Shown here piece by piece: positions 38,554-52,765 of a stretch of DNA of 64,000 bases (its first letter is position 1; every line of letters starts with the position of its first letter). The stretch lies in the NCBI GenBank assembly GCA_951406725.2, contig OX597824.1, positions 35,340,001 to 35,404,000 on the forward strand, read 5' to 3'. Below the pieces are notes generated by a model. It ran no database searches, was not told where the DNA came from, and saw only the letters and a program-made list of their open reading frames with translations. This DNA comes from Octopus vulgaris. Its lineage: Eukaryota. The position numbers and the translations under genes were made by a program.

Positions 38554-38601
<48 letters not shown>

Positions 38602-38935
38602 AATGTATATGCATTTGTATGAGAGTTATTGTATGAATGTGTACACACGTAGATGTATATATAAACATGTATATGTATATATAAACGTATCTTTAAATAA
38701 AGATATTTTTTTATATATACATGTGTGTGTATATATATAGATGCACACACACACACACACATATGTAGAGATAGATAGAAATATAGATAGATAGATTCAT
38801 ACATACACACACACTTACGTACATACATGCATACATACATACATACATACATACATACATACACACACACGTACGTACATACATACATACATACACACGT
38901 ACGTACATACATACATACATACATCCACACGTACG

Positions 38936-38966
<31 letters not shown>

Positions 38967-39394
38967 GAAAATATGTGTCTGAGTGCGGAAGGGTATTTGC
39001 ATGTGTACACTCCAGTACATGCTTGTTTTTTTGTAATTTAATATTTGAGTCTATTTTGTTTGTGGCAAATAAATATTATAAGTATTTAATGCCATTTCAT
39101 AATTATTATTATCAGTAGTAGTAGTGGTGGTGGTGGTGGTAGTAGTAGTAGTAGTAAGTTTTGCATGAAGCAACTTATTGCCTGCTGTAGCAAAGTCAAC
39201 GAAAACTTGCTGACACACTTCAATTTTATTTCGTCGATTGCTTCCCACCAGCCTCCATCCATCATCATCAACGACAACATCATCATCATCACCATCATCT
39301 CATCATCGTCGTCATCATCACCATCAACAACGGCAAGAAGAACACCAACAGCATCATCATCATCATCATCATCAACAACAGAAACAACAATATT

Positions 39395-39587
39395 ACCTAT
39401 TTCTTTATTACCCACAAGGGGCTAAACATACAGGGGACAAACAAGGACAGACATAGGTATTTAGTCGATTACATCGACCCCAGTGTGTAACTGGTACTTA
39501 ATCTATCGACCCCGCAAGGATGAATGGCAAAGTCGACCTCGGCGGAATTTGAACTCACAACGTAACGACAGACGAAATACGGCTAAC
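39395..39587 (-). mobile_element. SINE family A, 5'-truncated
   Basis: Family A tail and body inside CAT/CAA repeats. Confidence 0.8.
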
Positions 39588-39753
39588 AGGAACAGCAACA
39601 ACATCATCATCATCATCATCAATAATAGAAAATGAAACGAAAAATTATCGCCTGGTTGAAGCGCAGACATTGTTTCAAATCGATGATACTTCATTTTCGA
39701 TATGCGAACAGCTAATATTTTTAAGGTAAATAAATGTGCTGTAACTAAAGGAA

Positions 39754-39790
<37 letters not shown>

Positions 39791-40834
39791 TAATTAATAC
39801 GATTTGAACAGAATTTGAAATTAGAAATATTTTACAAAACCAAAATGCTGTGAAAACCTTAGGCCGGCTGCCTCTTTTCCCAGTCCCTTCTCTACCCCTA
39901 CTTAAGCCAGTCATTGGTGTTTTATCAATAGACCAATTCTATAGGAGACATCAAACGGAAATCTAGACGTCACTAACTCGACGTTTTTTAATTTTTTTTT
40001 TTCAACCGGAAACTTTATTTAGAAGTTAGAGGCAGGAAAGTGAACCGGGCAAAACATACGAGGAAATGTTATTCATTTTTTCCGTTAAATTACTTTTTCT
40101 TTAATGATTATTTTGCTTCTTTGTTTATTTGGATTGGTTTGTGTGGTTTTTTAAAAAATTTTTATTACGGAGCTTATCACAACTGCAACAGAAATTAGCT
40201 CCAGTGTGAAATTGAGAGGATTTCTTCACAGTCATTAACAAGCAGAATTCTTTTAATGAATTTCGAGAAATGAATGTGCTAAAATATAATTTTACGACAT
40301 ACTTTACAGTAATTATGAATTTATTTTTTATGGTAGCTAGGAGAGCGAATTGAATAATTTTTTATAACAGCAACATGTGTAAGTAAACATGTTTTAAGGT
40401 TGGTGTGTGGCTCTAGTTTCGGATAAGTGGGATTGAATTTCCTTCTAAGTAAGTATATTTAATGTTAAGTGTATAGAGTGTGTGTGTGTGGGGGGAAATG
40501 AGGATGCAATGCGCACACACTCACAGACTTACACACACAGACACATAAATACATACGCACAGGCACACACACGCACACTCACACCCAATCCAGCACACAC
40601 ACATGGGCTTAATCATAAACACATTTTTAATCATATTCGCACACACACACACACACACACACAAAAACACAGAATATATATTCACACGCAGAGACATTAT
40701 GTGTGCGTGCGTGTGTGTGTGTATGCATATATGTGTGTGTTTCTGCATCTGCGTGCGTATGAATTTTTTGTGCGCTCACACACACACACACACGCACACA
40801 CACACACACACACAAGTTTGAGATCTGTATCAAA

Positions 40835-41250
40835 GAAAGGGGTTATACAAGTATCGTTCACTGACCCTTAAAAACCAGGTTCAGATGGACGCAGTTTTTA
40901 CTCAATTTGAGCAATAGCAATCAGCTGCGACCGGAAAAACATGACCAGGGAAGACATTCCCAATAGTAGCTATGTCTGGAAGAAAAGGAATGGACATAGT
41001 AGTTAAAACATGACCATGGGAGTGCTGAGCGACAAGAGTAACTGAGATGATCTTAAATGGAAGCAGGCGTAGACTTTCACCGTTGGGAAGAGCAGCTTCC
41101 ATTGTAAGAATGATAGAAAAGTTAGTGAAACGAGACTGTACGTTCGTTCGTTGGCCAAAGGTTTGAGCATGTCTGAGTGATTTCATTCTAATCCGTCGGG
41201 TGGGCCTTTCTTTGGATGTGGTTTGGGATTATTTGCGCTCAGCCGCATGT
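40835..41250 (-). mobile_element. Decayed CR1/Jockey-group LINE 3' end
   Basis: Frameshifted C-terminal pattern resembling SFF.R...WN.LP..VFP. Confidence 0.45.
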
Positions 41251-41422
41251 GAATTCATGCGTGTGTGTATGTGTGTGTGAAAGTGTGTGTGTGTGTGTGT
41301 GCGTCTGTGCGTGCGTGTGCGTTTGTGTTTGTGCGTGTGGTGGGGGACAAACACAGATATGAAAACACGCACACAGAAGCACACATATAATAATAATAAT
41401 AATTATTATTATTATTATTATT

Positions 41423-41976
41423 GAGTGAGAGAGTAGTGCATGCCATCAAAGTGACACTGGGGTACAAATATACGAAGCCCAGTATACCCATCATGACTAC
41501 CCGTCTGATAAGGGTACACCAAGCACATGCATCACAACCATATGTGCGCGACATGGTGATCTCATAACAAGATAAACAGCGCATGACCTTGCGGGTGGGG
41601 CCCAGTTAGAATTTTCTTCTGGTTGGGTAACCCATCCCAATCAAAAGGTCCCTGATTAAGGGTTGTTTAAGGATGTTGAATGAAACACCCATGTTTCCAG
41701 AGGTGAATCATTCAAACCCCCAAAGAATCCCTCTCAACACATGGCTATGATGCTCCCCCACTACTTCTACTCGTGATCAGAGATGCACATATCGTCAGCC
41801 ACTAAGGGACATGCTCAACTGGTTATGGTCAAACAACTGACAAGCAAATCTGTGGTATTGAGCAGAATATTTGCTGTAGCCCATCTTTTATACCAAGACA
41901 AAACAATGTACATAACACTTCCAGTCAGTTAAGATCAGAAGCCATGAGAGCCGCTGCCTGGTACTGCATCAGGGCA
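41423..41976 (-). mobile_element. Non-coding retroposon inserted in (ATT)n
   Basis: Flanked on both sides by (ATT)n. A second copy at 54803-55054 shares the left end and is truncated on the right. Confidence 0.7.
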
Positions 41977-42158
41977 TTTATTATTATTATTATTATTATT
42001 AGCATTATAAGGATAAAACTTGTTTTGGCTAAAGAAAATAGTTTAAATTGGAGCATGTAACCCCCATGACGAAAAAAAAATAATTTGGGTATTATCACAT
42101 ATATACATGTGTGTGTGTGTGTGTGTGCGTGTGTGTGTATGTGTGTGTGAGTGTGTGC

Positions 42159-42199
<41 letters not shown>

Positions 42200-42614
42200 C
42201 GCGCGCTTGCGCGTGACTGGCTTCTTTCAGTTTCTGTCTATGAAATCCTCTCCCTAGGCTTCGCGCCCCTACAGTTTTACCATGGCCTATTCAGAGAAAT
42301 ATTCTGAGCTCCAATATTCATGGTGACTATTTATTTCGATATTTTAAACCCAAAGCTAATATTTTTATTTGCTTTTATTTTAAAAAAAATAATCGTCATC
42401 TAATTTTTATGTTTTGATAATTCCAGATTCAGAATCTGCAAATGCATTTTTGTTTATTAATTATTTTTGTAATTAGTAACTAATTAGTGTCTGGGGACTT
42501 GCAGTTGCCTTTTTATGTGTGCGTTACGAATAGAAATAATATTTTCATATGAATACAATATCGTTTCATTGTATAAATATATTTTGTTTACATTAGTAAC
42601 ATTTACATCCACAT

Positions 42615-42915
42615 AGGCGCAGGCATGCTGTGTGGTAAGAAGTTTGCTTCTCAACCACATGGTTCCAGGTTCAGTCCCACTGCATGGCACCTTGGGCAAG
42701 TATCTTCTTCTATAGTCTCGGGCCGACCAAGACCTTTGGAGTGGATTTGGTAGAACCAAAAAGAAGCCCGTCGTATGTGTGTGTGAGTATGTTTGTGCGA
42801 GTATGTGTGTGTGTGTGTGTGTTTGTGTGTGTTTGTGCGAGTATGTGTGTGTGTTTGTGGGTGTTTGTGCGAGTATGTGTGTTGTATGTGTGTGTGTTTG
42901 TGCGAGTATGTGTGT

Positions 42916-42946
<31 letters not shown>

Positions 42947-43750
42947 TTGTGCGAGTATGTGTGTTGTATGTGTGTGTGTGTGTGTTTGTGCGAGTATGTG
43001 TGTTGTATGTGTGTGTGTTTGTGTGTGTTTGTGCGAGTATGTGTGTTGTATGTGTGTGTGTTTGTGTGTGTTTGTGCGAGTATGTGTGTTGTATGTGTGT
43101 GTGTTTGTGTGTGTTTGTGCGAGTATGTGTGTTGTATGTGTGTGTGTTTGTGTGAGTATGTGTGTTGTATGTGTGTGTTTGTGTGTGTTTGTGCGAGTAT
43201 GTGTGTTGCATGTGTGTGTGTGCGTGTTTGTGCGAGTAGGTGTGTTGTATGTGTGTGTGTTTGTGCGAGTATGTGTGTTGTATGTGTGTATGTTTGTATG
43301 TGTTTGTGCGAGTATGTGTGTTGTATGTGTGTGTGTGTTTGTGCGAGTATGTGTGTTGTATGTGTGTGTGTTTGTGTGTGTTTTTGCGAGTATGTGTGTT
43401 GTATATGTGTGTGTTTGTGTGTGTTTTTGCGAGTATGTGTGTGTGTGTGTTCGTGCGAGTATGTGTGTTGTATGTGTGCGTTTGTGTGTGTTTGTGCGAG
43501 TGTGTTGTATGTGTGTGTGTGTGTATGTGTGTTTGTGTGTGTTTTTGTGTTTGTCCCCCAACCACCGCTTGACAACGGGTGCTGGTTTATTTACGTCCTC
43601 AAAACTTAGCGGTTTGGCAAAAAGAGCCGTTAAAATAATTACGAGACTTTAAAAAAATGTACTGGAGTCCATACATTCGACTAAAAATTTCTTCAAGGTG
43701 GTGCCCCAGCATGGCCGCAGTCTAATGATTGAAACAAGAAAATGATAAAA
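42615..43750 (+). mobile_element. SINE family B with ~760 bp internal minisatellite expansion
   Basis: Head 42615-42775, then ~20 units of tttgtgcgagtatgtgtgttgtatg(tg)n, then tail from ~43545. Confidence 0.85.
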
Positions 43751-43774
43751 GTCATATATATTTCGAAATCAACA

Positions 43775-44112
43775 AAACACAACATCATAAGCGGAAGGTG
43801 TAACCTCTCGAAAGAGCTGTTCTTCACTCCTGCTCCAGAGCGTAGGCTGCGGGGTCAATCCGAAAAGCTCTATCTGCGACGATTTCATCTCAATCGAAGG
43901 AGAGGGGCTTTCTCCGTCCGGGTTGCGGATCCGTGGAATAAGCTGCCGGACGAGATAGTGAAGATGCCGACGACCGCTCGGTTCAAAGTCTCTCTTGACC
44001 AGAAATGGCCTGAACTCTTTGGATGAACACCCCTGTACATAACTCCATGTCCCCCTACATGGTCTTGCTTTTTGCTTTTCGAGCCAAAAAATTAACTTAA
44101 CTTAACTTAACT
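43775..44112 (+). mobile_element. CR1-like LINE 3' end
   Basis: RRLRGQSEKL...RRGAFSVRVADPWNKLPDEIV...FKVSLD, followed by a (TAACT)n tail. Confidence 0.8.
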
Positions 44113-44395
44113 GACTGAAGACCAGAAAGAGCGGCGTGGGACCACAAAAGCTAGAGTAATCTCCTCCCCCACACAAGTTATATTTATTCATATTACATAA
44201 TAAATATATATACATCATTTACATCTACATATTATTTAGTTATACTTACGATACACACACCCTCATATACATACACACTCACTCGTACACACACTCACAA
44301 ACTCTCACACACAAACGCACACGCACACATATAATGCGTGCGAGTGTTTTCTCTTCCTGCGTGTATTAACGTATGTGGTATGATTGGTTAGTAAA

Positions 44396-44628
44396 AGGCG
44401 GCGAGCTGGCAGACATGTTAGCACGCCGGGCGAAATGCTTAGCGGTATTTCGTCTGCCGTTACGTTCTGAGTTCAAATTCCGCCGAGGTCGACTTTGCCT
44501 TTCATCCTTTCGGGGTCGATAAATTAAGTACCAGTTACGCACTGGGGTCGACATAATCGACTTAATCCGTTTGTCTGTCCTTGTTTGTCCCCTCTATGTT
44601 TAGCCCCATGTGGGTAGTAAAGGAATGG
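44396..44628 (+). mobile_element. SINE family A with TSD
   Basis: Full copy with TSD gtatgattggttagtaaa. Confidence 0.9.
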
Positions 44629-46013
44629 GTATGATTGGTTAGTAAATGTTACGTTCAGGTTCTCTCTCTCTCTCTGTCTCCCTCCCTCCATCCCTCCTAC
44701 TCTCTCATGTGTGTATATATATGTATATGTACATATATGTGCGTATTTATATGTATATATGTATAAGGATGATATTGTGTGCTGCTCATCCATGTCTACA
44801 ACTGGTTTTCTGTCACAAACCCTTATTCTTCGTCTACCAGTGTCTACTAATAATGTACTCTGAAAGGATTCATAACATTTCAATATCCTTACTGTTCGTT
44901 TTTCTTTCTTTCTTTGCTGTTGTCAACCTCTATTTTTGAGGTCTTTTATATGTTTTGTACTCCAAGATACCTCACCTAACAGTTTGTTAGCTGCCATTCC
45001 TTACTAACAAGACAAACACAGGCTTCAGCTTTTGCCTATTTAAATATCTTTACACTCATATAACATTCAATTTCTTATCTTCAACTAAAATCTGCTTGCT
45101 TTGACGCCAAGATTTTAGTCATTAAAGATATCATATACACAAGAATCGGTCATAAAAGTAGTCTAGCTTTGGTTTTTGTGAATATTTCCATCTTCTGTGT
45201 ATGCTAAGGAACTTTTATTTTAGTTAGGCTTACTCAGCAGGGTTCCAGTGGAGCCTCTTTTAAGTTTTCCAGCTTCCCCTATTTTCTAATCTTTTAATCA
45301 ACGAGTAATTTTACAGCGGCTTATTTTCTGATAGAGAAACGAACTCAAGCAACTGGATAAGATAGAGAAAAGGAATTCTTTTTCGTTTGATTTATCGTTT
45401 TTGTAGCGACTATTTCTGACAAGAACTGGTAAATATAAACTTTAAAGCATGCTAGCAAAACATTTTGACAACTTTTATGTGACATCACAAAAGATGGAAC
45501 GTCGTGATAGTTTTGAGATTTCAACGGTGATAATGCAGCGACGTGGAGTTGGTCACTCACTGAGAATTCTGGTTTGGTTAGAATCCCAGAACAGGATAAA
45601 ATGTATTCATTCTTATTACTGGGCTTCTGCATTTTACATAGAATAACTATTAAATGTATAGATCTCAGGGGCCGCATATAAAACAACAGTCTCTATATAA
45701 TGAGTGAAATTAAATTTTGGTTCTGTTTATCTATTTTGCCTGGCTCTCCGTCAGTAACGACGAGTGTTCCAATTGATCCGACCAACGGAACAGCCTGCTC
45801 GTGAAATTAACGTGCAAATGGCTGAGCACTCCACAGACATGCGTACCTTTAATGTAGTGAGTGGACTGGAGCAATGAGAAATAAAGTATTTTGCTCAGTG
45901 ACACAAAGCGCCGGCGAGGATCGAACTCACGGCTTTACGATCATGAGCCGAATACACTGGCCACTAAGTTTTTGCTCAGGCTAGAAGCTAGAAGAGCAGA
46001 AATAGACCAAATT

Positions 46014-46450
46014 AAGGCGGCGAGCTGGCAGAATCGTTAGTACGCCAGGCGAAACGCGTAGCCGTATTTCGTCTGCCGTTACGTTCTCAGTTCAAATTCC
46101 GCCGAGGTCGACTTTGCCTTTCATCCTTTCGGGATCGATAAATTTCTGCAGCTCCGAAATCGCTGCGAAAACAGTACCAGTTACGCACTGGAGTCGATAT
46201 AATCGACTTAATCCGTTTGTCTGTCCTCTCTGTGTTTAGTCCCTTATAGGTAGTAAAAAAAAATAGGTATTTCGTCTGCCGCTACGTTCTAAGTTCAAAT
46301 TCCGCCGAGGTCAACTTTGCCATTCATCCTTTCGGTGTTGATTAAATAAGTACCAGTTACGCACTGGGGTCGATATAGTCGACTTAATCCCTTTGTCTGT
46401 CCTTCTTTGTTCCCTCTATGCTTAGTCCCTTGTGGGCAATAAAGAAATAC
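46014..46450 (+). mobile_element. Partial-tandem SINE family A
   Basis: A full copy followed by a headless second unit; TSD agaccaaatta. Confidence 0.85.
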
Positions 46451-46763
46451 GTAACAGACCAAATTAGATATATATTTTTTAATATCTGTATGGGAATAAG
46501 TAGATGTGAGAATTAAACGATCAAATGAAGCTATACGACTACAGGTAAGAAATGAAATGTGTTTGTATTAGAAAGAGTTTATAATACGGTTTTTACTCTG
46601 AACCAGGAGAAAATACAGCCAAAATATCTTTATTAATTGTTGTCCATTTGAAAGATTTCTGTCAGTTTATTATAAGTTTCTGATTGACTGATGATATAAT
46701 AGAAGGTAACACTGTGATAGAAAGGTGGTCTTAGGATGAGAGGGGGACTTGAGCAGCAACTGT

Positions 46764-46795
<32 letters not shown>

Positions 46796-47335
46796 TAGTA
46801 GTAAAAGAGAGTAAAAGAAAAGTAGCTAATGGTAATAATATATTTAATCCGTTTGTCATAGATTTTGTTTCTGCGCGAAACTTCACTGGAACCTATTTCT
46901 TAACGGTTTCGTCTTCCAGAAATTCATGGAATCCTGGTTCCAATACTTCATTAACTTAATATTTCCTGTAAAAGCATAACAAATGTACCTCAGTGAAAAC
47001 TTAAATGTTCTTGATACACAAGTCATTGTAATACAGAAACACCTCACATAACGATTTTCACCGAACGATCACCGGCATTGATGATTTAAAAAAAATGAAA
47101 ACATGAGAATTAAGTGAACACAAGAAACGCTGAGCATTCTTATTGATTATTCTAAAAAATGATTTCGCATAATGCCCCCCGATGTTTCTTCATGCAGACA
47201 ATCAGCTTACATGTTGATGTGATGTGTACCTGCTGATGTCACATCTTCTGCTCTGTTCATTCTTCTTACATTCGTTTTACTTAACCAATCAAGACTACTA
47301 GTTTAGCTAATAATCTTATTTAATTTATTACAATA

Positions 47336-47716
47336 CTAGCAGTATCGCCCAGCGTTGCTCGGGTTTGTTTCGACCCTTTACAATTGGAATTTTGAAAAGT
47401 AAAAATTTTGCATTATGTAGCTTGTTATTTTCTTTAAGTGAACATTTTTCTGGTTGAAATACACTGAAAAATGGCGACATAGCAGTCAAAAAATCGTAAA
47501 AAACAGGGATTTTCATAGAAAAAAGCATTTTTTCATGTAAATAATTTTTGGTGTTAACATGATTTTAACTTTTTCTTTTACGGAAGGAAGAGCAAGCCTT
47601 CTATCATACTCTCAATTTTGGTCAACTTGCGTCGCAGGGTCTCGGAGGAGATAGTGTTAGTTGAAGGCTACCAAATCTGCCATACACAGACAACTTTAGC
47701 TTTATATATAGAGAGA
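47336..47716 (-). mobile_element. Non-autonomous Helitron
   Basis: Minus strand starts TC(tctctatatataaag) and ends with the hairpin cccgagcaacgctggg followed by CTAG. Inserted between A and T, no TSD. Confidence 0.75.
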
Positions 47717-47949
47717 TAACATAAAAATAGTCATCAACCGGATATATTATAGCATATACTAACTAGCTTTCCATTATTCACGAATGTATAATTTATATTA
47801 GCTGGCTTAATCACATACAAGGGTAAAATGGCGGCTGGCAAACCGAAGTAATATGCACATCTTGGAATTTCAGAGAAACCATGGAATTTGATTCAGTTGG
47901 GTACGTGTACGCCATTTATAAATTTGTTCCAAAGTAACTTCGCCACTCA

Positions 47950-48182
47950 TTTACTCTTTACTCTTTACCCTTTTACTTGTTTCAGTCATTTGACTGTGGC
48001 CATGCAGGAGCACCGCCTTTAGTCGAGCAAATCGACCCCAGGACTTGTTCTTTGTAAGCCTAGTGCTTATTCTATCGGTCTCTTTTGCCGAACCGCTAAG
48101 TTACGGGGACATAAACACACCAGCATCGGTTGTCAAGCGATGCTGAGGGGACAAACATAGACACACAAACATATACACACAC

Positions 48183-48229
<47 letters not shown>

Positions 48230-48655
48230 TGTATGTATATCTCTACACACACACACGCAAATATATATATATATTAATAAATAAAACATATGCATATATA
48301 TATACATATATGTACGTACCTACCTCTACATGTATATATACACGCATATATGAGTACAGGACACCAAAAAAAACTTCGAACACAATGAGAAACGAAAACA
48401 TAGACACAAACCCAAGGAACTGGACATTTTTTAAACAACAAAAAATAGAGTACTGGACAATTAACACAAAGAAAAACCCCATATACATATATACATACAT
48501 ACGACGGGTTTCCATCTACCAAATCCACTCACAAGGTTTTGGTCGGCCCGAGGCTATAGTAGAACACACTTGCCCAAGGTGCCACGTAGTGGGACTGAAT
48601 CTGGAACCATGTGGTTGGTAAACAAGCTACTTACCACACAGCCGCTTCTACGCCT
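47950..48655 (-). mobile_element. SINE family B with a family-P PLE end (48270-48482) nested in its internal (TA)n
   Basis: SINE halves flank an insert homologous to 4940-5205. Confidence 0.8.
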
Positions 48656-48786
48656 TTAATGATTTTTCACTTAAGGATTGTGTTTTTCAAACAAGTTGAA
48701 TAGTTAAACGGAGATATAGCTGTAGGAACGACAGGATGGTATATATTTGATTGATTCTCGCCTTGATGTTCTAACTTTAATACCTA

Positions 48787-48949
48787 AGGCGCAGGCGTGG
48801 CTGTGTCGTAAGAAGTTTGCTTCGCAACGACATTGTCCGAGGGTTCAATCTCGATGTGTGGCACCTTGGGCAAATGTTTTCTACTTTAGCCTCCAGCCGA
48901 CCAAAGACTTGTGAGTGCATTTGGTTGACGGAAACTGAAAGAAGCCCGT

Positions 48950-49015
<66 letters not shown>

Positions 49016-49390
49016 TGTGTGTGTGTGTGTGTATGTGTGTGTGTGTGTGTGTGTGAATAAATACCTATTTCTTTACTACCCACAAGGGGCTAAACACAGA
49101 GAGGACAAACAAGGACAGACAAACGGATTAAGTCGATTATATCGACCCCAGTGCGTAACTGGTACTTAATTAATCGACCCCGAAAGGATGAAAGGCAAAG
49201 TCGACCCCGGTGGAATTTGAACTGAGAACGTAACGACAGACGAAATGCCGCTAAGCATTTCGCCCGGCGCGCTAACGTTTCTGCCAGCTCGCCGCCAATA
49301 AATATCAGGCGGTTGATTCATATGACTAAAAAATTATTCAAGGCGGTGCTCCAGCATTGCCACAGTCTACTGACCGAAACAAGTGCAAGA
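48787..49390 (+). mobile_element. SINE family B with nested SINE A (49062-49296, minus)
   Basis: The nested copy is flanked by aataaata. Confidence 0.75.
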
Positions 49391-49549
49391 TTATTAGTTA
49401 GCTTTCAGGATAGATGAATCACTTAGATACAGATCAGGCTTTAAATAGAACAGCTTGGAAAGTTACTTCTTTGTTGAATGTAGATGAAAATAGTGAATGA
49501 AATACCAAATGGAACTCAACGGTTCTAGTCAGTGTTATTAGATTATAAT

Positions 49550-49780
49550 TTGGCGAGCTGGCAGAAACGTTAGCACGCCGGGCGAAATGCGTAGCCGTAT
49601 TTCGTCTGTCGTTACGTTTTGAGTTCAAATTCCGCCGAGGTCGACTTTGCCTTTCATCCTTTCGGGGTCGATAAATAAAGTACCAGTTGCGCACTGGGGT
49701 CGATGTAATCGACTTAATCCCTTTGTCTGTTCTTGTTTGTCCCTTCTATGTTTAGCCCCTTGTGGTCAATAAAGAAATAT
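49550..49780 (+). mobile_element. SINE family A
   Basis: Full body and tail. Confidence 0.85.
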
Positions 49781-50054
49781 ATAACTAAATTTAAAATTGA
49801 CTTTATTTCTAAAGAGAGGATCCTTTACATCGCCACTTACCCTGACGTCTTCAGTATTGCGCCTTAGACATATTTTATTTGAAAACTACATTAGATGATT
49901 TGAAGTTCAATAGTGACGGAGATTAGTGAGGCTTTAAACAGTTTTCTCCGTCTCGTTGAACTGTTATTGTTCTTGTTGTTTTGTCTTAAAACAGCCCTAA
50001 CTGAACAGCGTTATGAAGAAAGGCATCACTGTTATGATCATCCGTATGTGTTGA

Positions 50055-50805
50055 TGCAGCTGGTGGTGGTGGTGTTAGTAGCGGTGGTGGTGGTGGTGGT
50101 GGTAGATGTGGTGGTTGCGGTGGTGGTTGTGGTAACGGTGATGTGGTGCTGGTGCTGGTGACGCTGTTGATGGTGGTGCAGGTGCTGGTGACGATGACGA
50201 TGATGGTGGTTGTAGTGGTATGGCGACGGTGGTGGTTGTGGTGACGGTGGTGGTTGTGGTGATGGTGATGGTTGTGGTGATGGTGATGGTAGTGCTGGTG
50301 CTGGTGACGATGGCGGTGATGGTGGTAGTGGTGGTTGTGGTGGTGGTTGTGGTGGTATGGTGACGGTGATGGTTGTGGTGATGGTGATGGTTGTGGTGAC
50401 GGTGATGGTAGTGCTGGTGCTGGTGACGATAGCGGTGGTAGTGGTGGTGGTGGTAGTGGTAGTAGTGGTGGCGGTGGTGCTGGTGACGATGACGATGATG
50501 GTGGTTGTGGTGGTATGGCGACGGTGGTGGTTGTGGTGACGGTGATGTGGTGTTGGTGCTGGTGACGCTGTTGACGGTGGCGCTTGTGCTGGTGACGATG
50601 GCGGTGATGGTGGCGGTGGTGGTTGTGGTGGTGGTTGTGTTGGTATGGTGACGGTGGGGGTTGTGGTGATGGTAATGGTAGTGCTTGTGCTGGTGACGAT
50701 AGCGGTGGTAGTGGTGGTGGTAGTGGTAGTTGTGGTGGTAGTGGTAGTGGTGGTGGTAGTGGTAATGTAGTGGTGGTGGCGGTGGTACTGGTAGTGATGG
50801 TGGTC
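50055..50805. repeat. Degenerate (GGT/GAT/GAC)n trinucleotide region with higher-order duplications
   Basis: Triplet low-complexity sequence. ggtgatgtggtg(c/t)tggtgctggtgacgctgttga recurs ~405 bp apart. Confidence 0.85.
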
Positions 50806-51530
50806 TACTAACGGTGAATGTTGGTTCTCGTATTGATGATATATTGCTGTTATTCCAGTTACTCTGAAGAGACGCTGCCGATTGTTTTTGTCAATATGAT
50901 TATTGCTAGTATTGTAGGCCTTTTCATTCTTTGTTGTTATCATTGTTGTTGTTGTTGTTGCTGTTGTATTTCGTTGTTGCTGTGATCGTCGTCGCCGTCG
51001 ACGAGGCAGCTGTTGGTGCAAGAGTCGACAGAGCTGATATCGATGTCGTTGACAATATATTTATTTACATTGTTGTTGAGAATGTCGGAGTAGGTACTGG
51101 AGTGATTATTAATTTCTCGCTATTGATCTTCAGATAAGAACGACAAGATTAAAAGAAGTGAAGTTTAATTCAATGAGATAACATCTTTATCATGATTAGC
51201 CTTGTAAATATTGTTAACCTCTTAGATCAAGCGGCTGGTGAGAGAGGATCAGTTTTCTACAGAAACTTCAGTTGCCGATCAGAATGACGCTTTCAAACGC
51301 GGACGTCGATGGATTGCAAGATATTTCTCTGCGATTATATTTTGATTGATGATGTGCTCTTCTGGTTGTTATTATCGTATTTCTCCCATTCTTGTATATA
51401 GCATGACAAGTTTAATTTCGAAATGAGTCATAGTGAGTTAGCTAAAGAGAGAATGAGAAACGGGACGATAAAACAACGCGCGCACGAACATACAGACATG
51501 CATACACACATGCATGCATGCATGCATGCC

Positions 51531-51562
<32 letters not shown>

Positions 51563-51564
51563 TG

Positions 51565-51596
<32 letters not shown>

Positions 51597-51601
51597 CAGT
51601 A

Positions 51602-51644
<43 letters not shown>

Positions 51645-51890
51645 CGTATGTATATATATATATATATGTGTGTGTGTATACATATACGCTTTTACTCATT
51701 TACTTGTTTCAGTCATTTGACTGCGGCCATGCTGGAGCACCATATATATATATATGTAGGTATTCATATACATGTCTATATATGTATGTTGTATATATAT
51801 ATATATGTGTGTGTGTGTAAGTGTGTGGGTGTGTGTGTATGTATGTGTGTGCACCTGTGTATGTACCTATGCATTTAACTTTCTATTTAT

Positions 51891-51953
<63 letters not shown>

Positions 51954-52135
51954 TACGCACACGCACATATATATATATATAATATAAACATATGTAACCT
52001 CACACACACACACAGACATCTACATATATACATATACATATATATGCTTTCATACAAGCATACAACATATATACATACACATGTATGTACATGCATACTT
52101 ACATACATACATACGTACATACATACATACATACA

Positions 52136-52202
<67 letters not shown>

Positions 52203-52686
52203 CGTATGTATATATGTTTATATGGGAAAACGATTTCCTTCATCAATGTTTTAAGTCTATACGGCTAAATCTATTGTGTCACTTATTCATTAAATAAGGG
52301 GCGAGGAAGAAAAGATAACCTTTTTAATGACCTCATTCAGAGTTACTTGATAAATGCTGTGGTTTAACCTTCATATTCAGATATCATCTGCCAGAAGATA
52401 TACTGGTTATTTTTTCTTCAAGGTTTTGGTGGGTGATGCGGGGGTAGAAACCGATGAGAAAGTGGTTTCGTTGGAGATAGAAAGGGCTTAGGTAGAAGGT
52501 CAAATGTCATCACAACTGTTGCTTGGAAATGCTGTTGGAAAAATTTGTAGTGAGAACAGAGCAGCTTACATTTCATCTGTCCTTCTCTTTCTCTATCTCC
52601 CTTCCCACTCTATATTTCTTTTCCTTTTTCGCTTGTACAGTATACATACATACATACATACATACATACATACATACATACATACA

Positions 52687-52765
<79 letters not shown>

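Noticed and set aside
42484-43652. Long ORFs (280-360 aa) of THT/VCV composition
   Set aside because: These are translations of a TG-rich minisatellite, open in nearly all frames.
50038-51021. 327 aa Thr/Pro/His-rich mucin-like ORF
   Set aside because: Trinucleotide low complexity, non-ATG start, no signal peptide or domain. Openness is expected from composition.
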